From contig CAXTYC010000005.1 in NCBI GenBank assembly GCA_964248365.1, forward strand, positions 96,001 to 160,000: DNA of 64,000 nucleotides, in the 5' to 3' direction. Within the stretch, counting starts at the first letter, position 1. Every line of letters begins with the position of its first letter. Both the position numbers and the translations under genes were made by a program. This DNA comes from an uncultured Chroococcidiopsis sp. Its GTDB lineage: Bacteria; Cyanobacteriota; Cyanobacteriia; Cyanobacteriales; Chroococcidiopsidaceae. Shown here piece after piece: positions 60,333 to 64,000 of this stretch. The notes below the pieces were generated by a model. It was not told the DNA's origin. It saw nothing but the letters and a program-made list of their open reading frames with translations, and did no database searches.

Positions 60333-61025
60333 GTGAGGAAAGTACAAAGTTACAATAGATTGCTCAAGCTATTGGTTAGCCTGGTAGGAATGGTAAATGC
60401 TAGCATCCTCGTCAGCTTGCCAGCCGGAGCGCAGCAGTCAGGCGGGGCAGTCAATCCTCGACCAAGTATTTTTAACGAACCTCCATATAATCGTTCTCGT
60501 ACACCTGCACCAGCGCCAGCTTCCCCTACTACGCCCTCACCTGCACCAGCGCCAGCTGCCCCTACTACGCCTGCACCTGCCCCAGAGGGAGCAACTCAAC
60601 CCTCAAATCAGAATGTAGTAGCTCTCGCCGCATCGAATGATTCTTTCAAAACTCTTACAGCAGCTTTGAAAGCAGCAGGATTGACAGAAACACTATCAGG
60701 AAAAGGTCCTTTTACAATTTTCGCACCGACAGATGCAGCATTTGCCGCTCTACCCCAGGATGCGCTGCAAGAGTTGTTAAAGCCAGAAAATAAGGACATC
60801 TTAATCAAGATTTTGAGTTACCACGTAGTTCCTGGTAATGTCACATCAGGAGATCTCAAACCAGGTGAAGTCAAAACTGTTGAAGGCGGTGCAGTTAACG
60901 TTAAAGTTGATCCGGCTAAGAAGAGTGTGACCGTAAATGACGCTAACGTCGTTCAACCAGATCTTAAAGCCAGTAATGGTGTTATTCATGCAATTGATAA
61001 GGTGATATTGCCACCTGACCTATAG
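60333..61025 (+). CDS. Secreted fasciclin-domain protein
   Basis: Signal peptide, Pro-rich 36-nt repeat (60502-60580), FTIFAPTDAAF, YHVV and NGVIHAIDKV motifs. Confidence 0.92.
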   Translation: MRKVQSYNRLLKLLVSLVGMVNASILVSLPAGAQQSGGAVNPRPSIFNEPPYNRSRTPAPAPASPTTPSPAPAPAAPTTPAPAPEGATQPSNQNVVALAASNDSFKTLTAALKAAGLTETLSGKGPFTIFAPTDAAFAALPQDALQELLKPENKDILIKILSYHVVPGNVTSGDLKPGEVKTVEGGAVNVKVDPAKKSVTVNDANVVQPDLKASNGVIHAIDKVILPPDL

Positions 61026-61065
61026 CCTATAGATAGATAGGTTTGAATAATGGTTGAATAAGATA

Positions 61066-61101
61066 AATCCCGCTCAAATGTAGATTTGGGCGGGGCTTTT
61101 T
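61066..61101 (+). terminator. Probable terminator after the fasciclin gene
   Basis: CCCGCTCAAAT...ATTTGGGCGGG followed by a T-run. Confidence 0.6.
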
Positions 61102-61470
61102 CTACTCATTCGTAGATTTCTTGCACGAATATATTGTAGGGGCGCTCCTGACTCAAAATATTTCAAGAGTTAGGCAGTTGGAGTGAGCAAGTAGCGATCT
61201 TGAGCTAGATATGCGCGTACAGCTAATGCCTGTACTTAAACATTGATTTAGTAAATGGCAGGTAGTAGCAAGTAGGTGAGTTTGATAAATAAATAACCAG
61301 ATTCTTCAAGAGTAAAAGCCAATTTTTTAAAAGAGTAAAAGTATCTAGATAAAGCAGGCGTTGCGATCGCCCAAACCTAAAGCAGTATTCTAAATGACAC
61401 AATCAGATGCCAAATTGATATATTAAAGTTTTACAAGCTAAATGTCTTTTAATGGCATTGCGATCGCCCA

Positions 61471-61605
61471 TTTGGAGCAGGCATTACTATACTGACTGGA
61501 CGCAGCATTTTCTATTCTGGAACTCGTCAGGTAATCTTTGGTTTCACAGCAGCAGGAATAACTTTTGCCATTGGGCGATTAATTGGAGTTGCCGTGGGTA
61601 GCTGA
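61471..61605 (+). pseudogene. 3' remnant of a VIT1/CCC1-like transporter gene
   Basis: FGAGITILTGRSIFYSGTRQVIFGFTAAGITFAIGRLIGVAVGS*; no in-frame start (TAA at 61450). Confidence 0.7.
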
Positions 61606-61800
61606 AGCTAGCTTTCTGTAGCTAGCCTCGATTTGAACGCCTATACATTAAATTCGCGCGTCTGCGCAGATGTCCAACTCCTTTTGGTTTCTCCAACTTT
61701 ATGCTTTTAATAATAAGATCCTGGCAGCAAATGCTTAACTTCATTGCCGAGTATTCTTACCTTTATTTTTACCAAAAGTATGATTTTTAATTTTCTTATA

Positions 61801-62442
61801 CTATTTACTGTTGGTCCCTGTCGAACCGGAAGTGCTGCCACTGGGGAGTCCCTGAGCAAGTTGCAAATGCTGCTGCTGTACTGGTAAGGTTTGAGCTATA
61901 AAGGACTGAATATCTGGGTCCTTGATTGAACTTGAAGCACGCTGTAAATCTTGGACATCACTTTGATTGGCTTGTGCTGTTTCCTGCGTGTACTGGCGAT
62001 CGAACTGGCTACCTTGCAGTCGCATTAACCGCCTGAGCTTAGAGCTACCTTCTTTATCGAGAGTAACTGGTAATTCCACTTGTTTCTGACGAGCTAGCTG
62101 CATCAATTGCTTATTGTACTGGGCGTGGTCATCCATCAGGCGCAAGGCGTACTGTACCACTTGAGGATTTTGTGCTTTCTGTACGGCTAGTTGGGCGGAT
62201 GCATACTCCAAAAGGCTATCTTGGGCAGATTTTCTCAAAAATTCCTTGTCTGAGGAACTCAGTGCAGACATCCCGCTTTGGTTTGGCTGCTGCCCAGACT
62301 GGGTTGGCACTTGCTGTTGTGTGGGCATTTGCTGCATACTACCACCTTGTCCTTGGCTTTGCTGTGCGATGGCAGCTCCTGTTCCCAGTGCTAAAAAGAC
62401 ACCAGTAGCTATTAGGGTAGTGAATTTGTTAAGTCTCATCAT
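61801..62442 (-). CDS. DUF4142 exported ferritin-like protein
   Basis: Signal peptide; LSSSDKEFL, YALRLMDDH, FDRQY and TLPVQQQHL motifs. Confidence 0.88.
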   Translation of the reverse strand: MMRLNKFTTLIATGVFLALGTGAAIAQQSQGQGGSMQQMPTQQQVPTQSGQQPNQSGMSALSSSDKEFLRKSAQDSLLEYASAQLAVQKAQNPQVVQYALRLMDDHAQYNKQLMQLARQKQVELPVTLDKEGSSKLRRLMRLQGSQFDRQYTQETAQANQSDVQDLQRASSSIKDPDIQSFIAQTLPVQQQHLQLAQGLPSGSTSGSTGTNSK

Positions 62443-63075
62443 TTAATTTCGGATTCAGATTTAAGGTTTGCCATTGTTTTCCATTTTTGTCCAAAAAAAT
62501 TGCACATACCTCCGCTCAAAGTTTGAGATTTTATCCTCTTATAGCTAGATAATTTAAAAAAAACACAAAAGTTTCTCCAACCACAGCAAGGCAGCACCAA
62601 TTTCAAAAGCTCAGTTATTCTAGCACTTAGTCAATAAATTGCTTAAGCAAATTTACGCATAAATTTATATTTATACGTAAAAATTAACAAGCTCGATAGA
62701 CAGATTGCTAGAATGTAGTTCTAACAACACAATAATACAAAGAAATTATAAGAATTGGCGATATTTTGGCTGAACACGATCTGTCAGTCTGCTTTGGTAT
62801 GGAGAAAATGTTATGGTTAGCGATCGCGTCAGAAAAATCGCAGACTTCCCAACCGAGTATTGCGATCGCTTCAAACTTGAACCACTAGCACCTTAGTGTA
62901 AGGTGGATCTTACTTTTGAGGGTTTAGCTAGCTCTTGCCGACTGGCAATCTCTCGATGCAAGATCTGAGATAGTAAAGGATCTATGCTAATTTCAGTTGA
63001 TAAATCAACCTGTTGGCTGGGTGTCTAATTGCCCCCATGCTGAGGAACGATTAAAGGTTACAAAGTTAAAGGGAA

Positions 63076-63537
63076 TCAGAAACAATACACACTCTTCCAT
63101 ACTTTTTTTAGCATCGGTGTAATCGCTTCTACTACGCTAACGCTGCTACTATGTGTCCACCAAAGGGTATGGGCGCGTTGTGTGAGAAAAGAACTAGCAG
63201 TAATAAAAGTGACAGCACTGATAGATCCATAAGTTGCGGCGATCGCCTCAGCATTATATGCATCAAGTTTTATTTTCAGAACAAAGAATGAGTACATAAG
63301 TACAACACAAGCCATAAATGTAGCACCGATGAGTGTAAGTATAATTTCTGGATTGATTTCACTTTCTTGCAGTTCATTTCCTCCCTTAAAACCAATCAAA
63401 AGTAACAGATAAAGTGAAAAAATTTTTGGCATTTGAGGAATTTGTAAATCATATTTTAGCAAAATAGCCAGCCTTCCCAAAAAGAAAAACAGCACTGGCA
63501 AATTCAATATATTAGACAGGAGCAGGCTTATGTTCAT
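63076..63537 (-). pseudogene. Truncated and frameshifted SbtA-like sodium-dependent bicarbonate permease
   Basis: PVLFFFLG, SLYLL..IGFKGG and AIAATYGSISAVTF; the IPFGGHIVAALA continuation is in another frame and stops; C-terminal half absent. Confidence 0.8.
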
Positions 63538-64000
63538 CTCTAATATTTCTATTGTTTGGATTGCTCAGAACTCAAATAATTCTAATTTTAATATAAGGAA
63601 ATTGGGAAGTAAAATCAAGTATTAATAATTTTATTTAAATGTATTCTATAACTATGATAATGGTGAAATAATTATGTGCCAGTTTTGTGTCATCAGCATA
63701 AAAAATTATCTCGAAAACAAAGCTTATACTTTAAATATGGCGGTTTTAAACTGATTTACTATTTCAACAATTAGAGCAAAGCAAGGCATACAAACATTAC
63801 TTTCCAATGTGAATGAAAGGGTAAAAAGGTATTGCGGTAAAGGGTAAAGGGAAATGTACACTATGGCAAGCAGGGTAAGAGTGAGGCGGCTTTCGCTGCT
63901 GTACGATCAAATAATTTAACTCCTTTTAGATTGAATCAAAAGAAGTTAATACAAAATAGAAATATGTAACCAACATTGACGGGGTAATATGAAACTAAGT

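Noticed and set aside
62893..63020. Minus-strand open stretch QQVDLSTEISIDPLLSQILHREIASRQEL
   Set aside because: No start codon and no family recognised; possibly debris
1..64000. tRNA, rRNA, transposase, integrase or NtcA boxes, and the many short antisense ORFs
   Set aside because: No convincing RNA gene, recombinase or GTA-N8-TAC promoter site was found by eye; the short ORFs overlap well-supported genes

Overview
This is a cyanobacterial chromosomal window. HIP1 octamers (GCGATCGC) occur throughout, heptamer STRR tracts and REP-like hairpins are abundant, and ndhH, an HCP/CTDH pair and a CAAD gene are present. Housekeeping and metabolic genes include ald, a 5-oxoprolinase, queG, rsmH, ndhH with a MidA/NDUFAF7 methyltransferase, speY, a GH116 glycosidase, an MsrPQ-like pair, leuC and a HerA-like ATPase. 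Two accessory signalling loci stand out. (1) 12.4-20.2 kb: a GAP1-N2-like domain fused to a PstS-type binding domain, a TRAFAC-like GTPase with TM and TPRs, a HEAT protein that seems to have lost its NTPase, and a divergent two-GAF bilin photoreceptor with no output domain. This is the best candidate for an undescribed system. (2) 24.1-38.4 kb: a histidine-kinase cascade with tandem CheB and CheR but no chemoreceptor, CheA or CheW, carrying EExx(S/T)(S/T) heptads (MAC-like). Small repeats have inserted into many genes, mostly in frame and once as a frameshift. One repeat family sits in strongly strand-biased sequence. Two small ORFs missed by the ORF track and several gene remnants were found. 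No rRNA, tRNA, CRISPR array or transposase was seen. All family calls come from motif recognition, not database searches.
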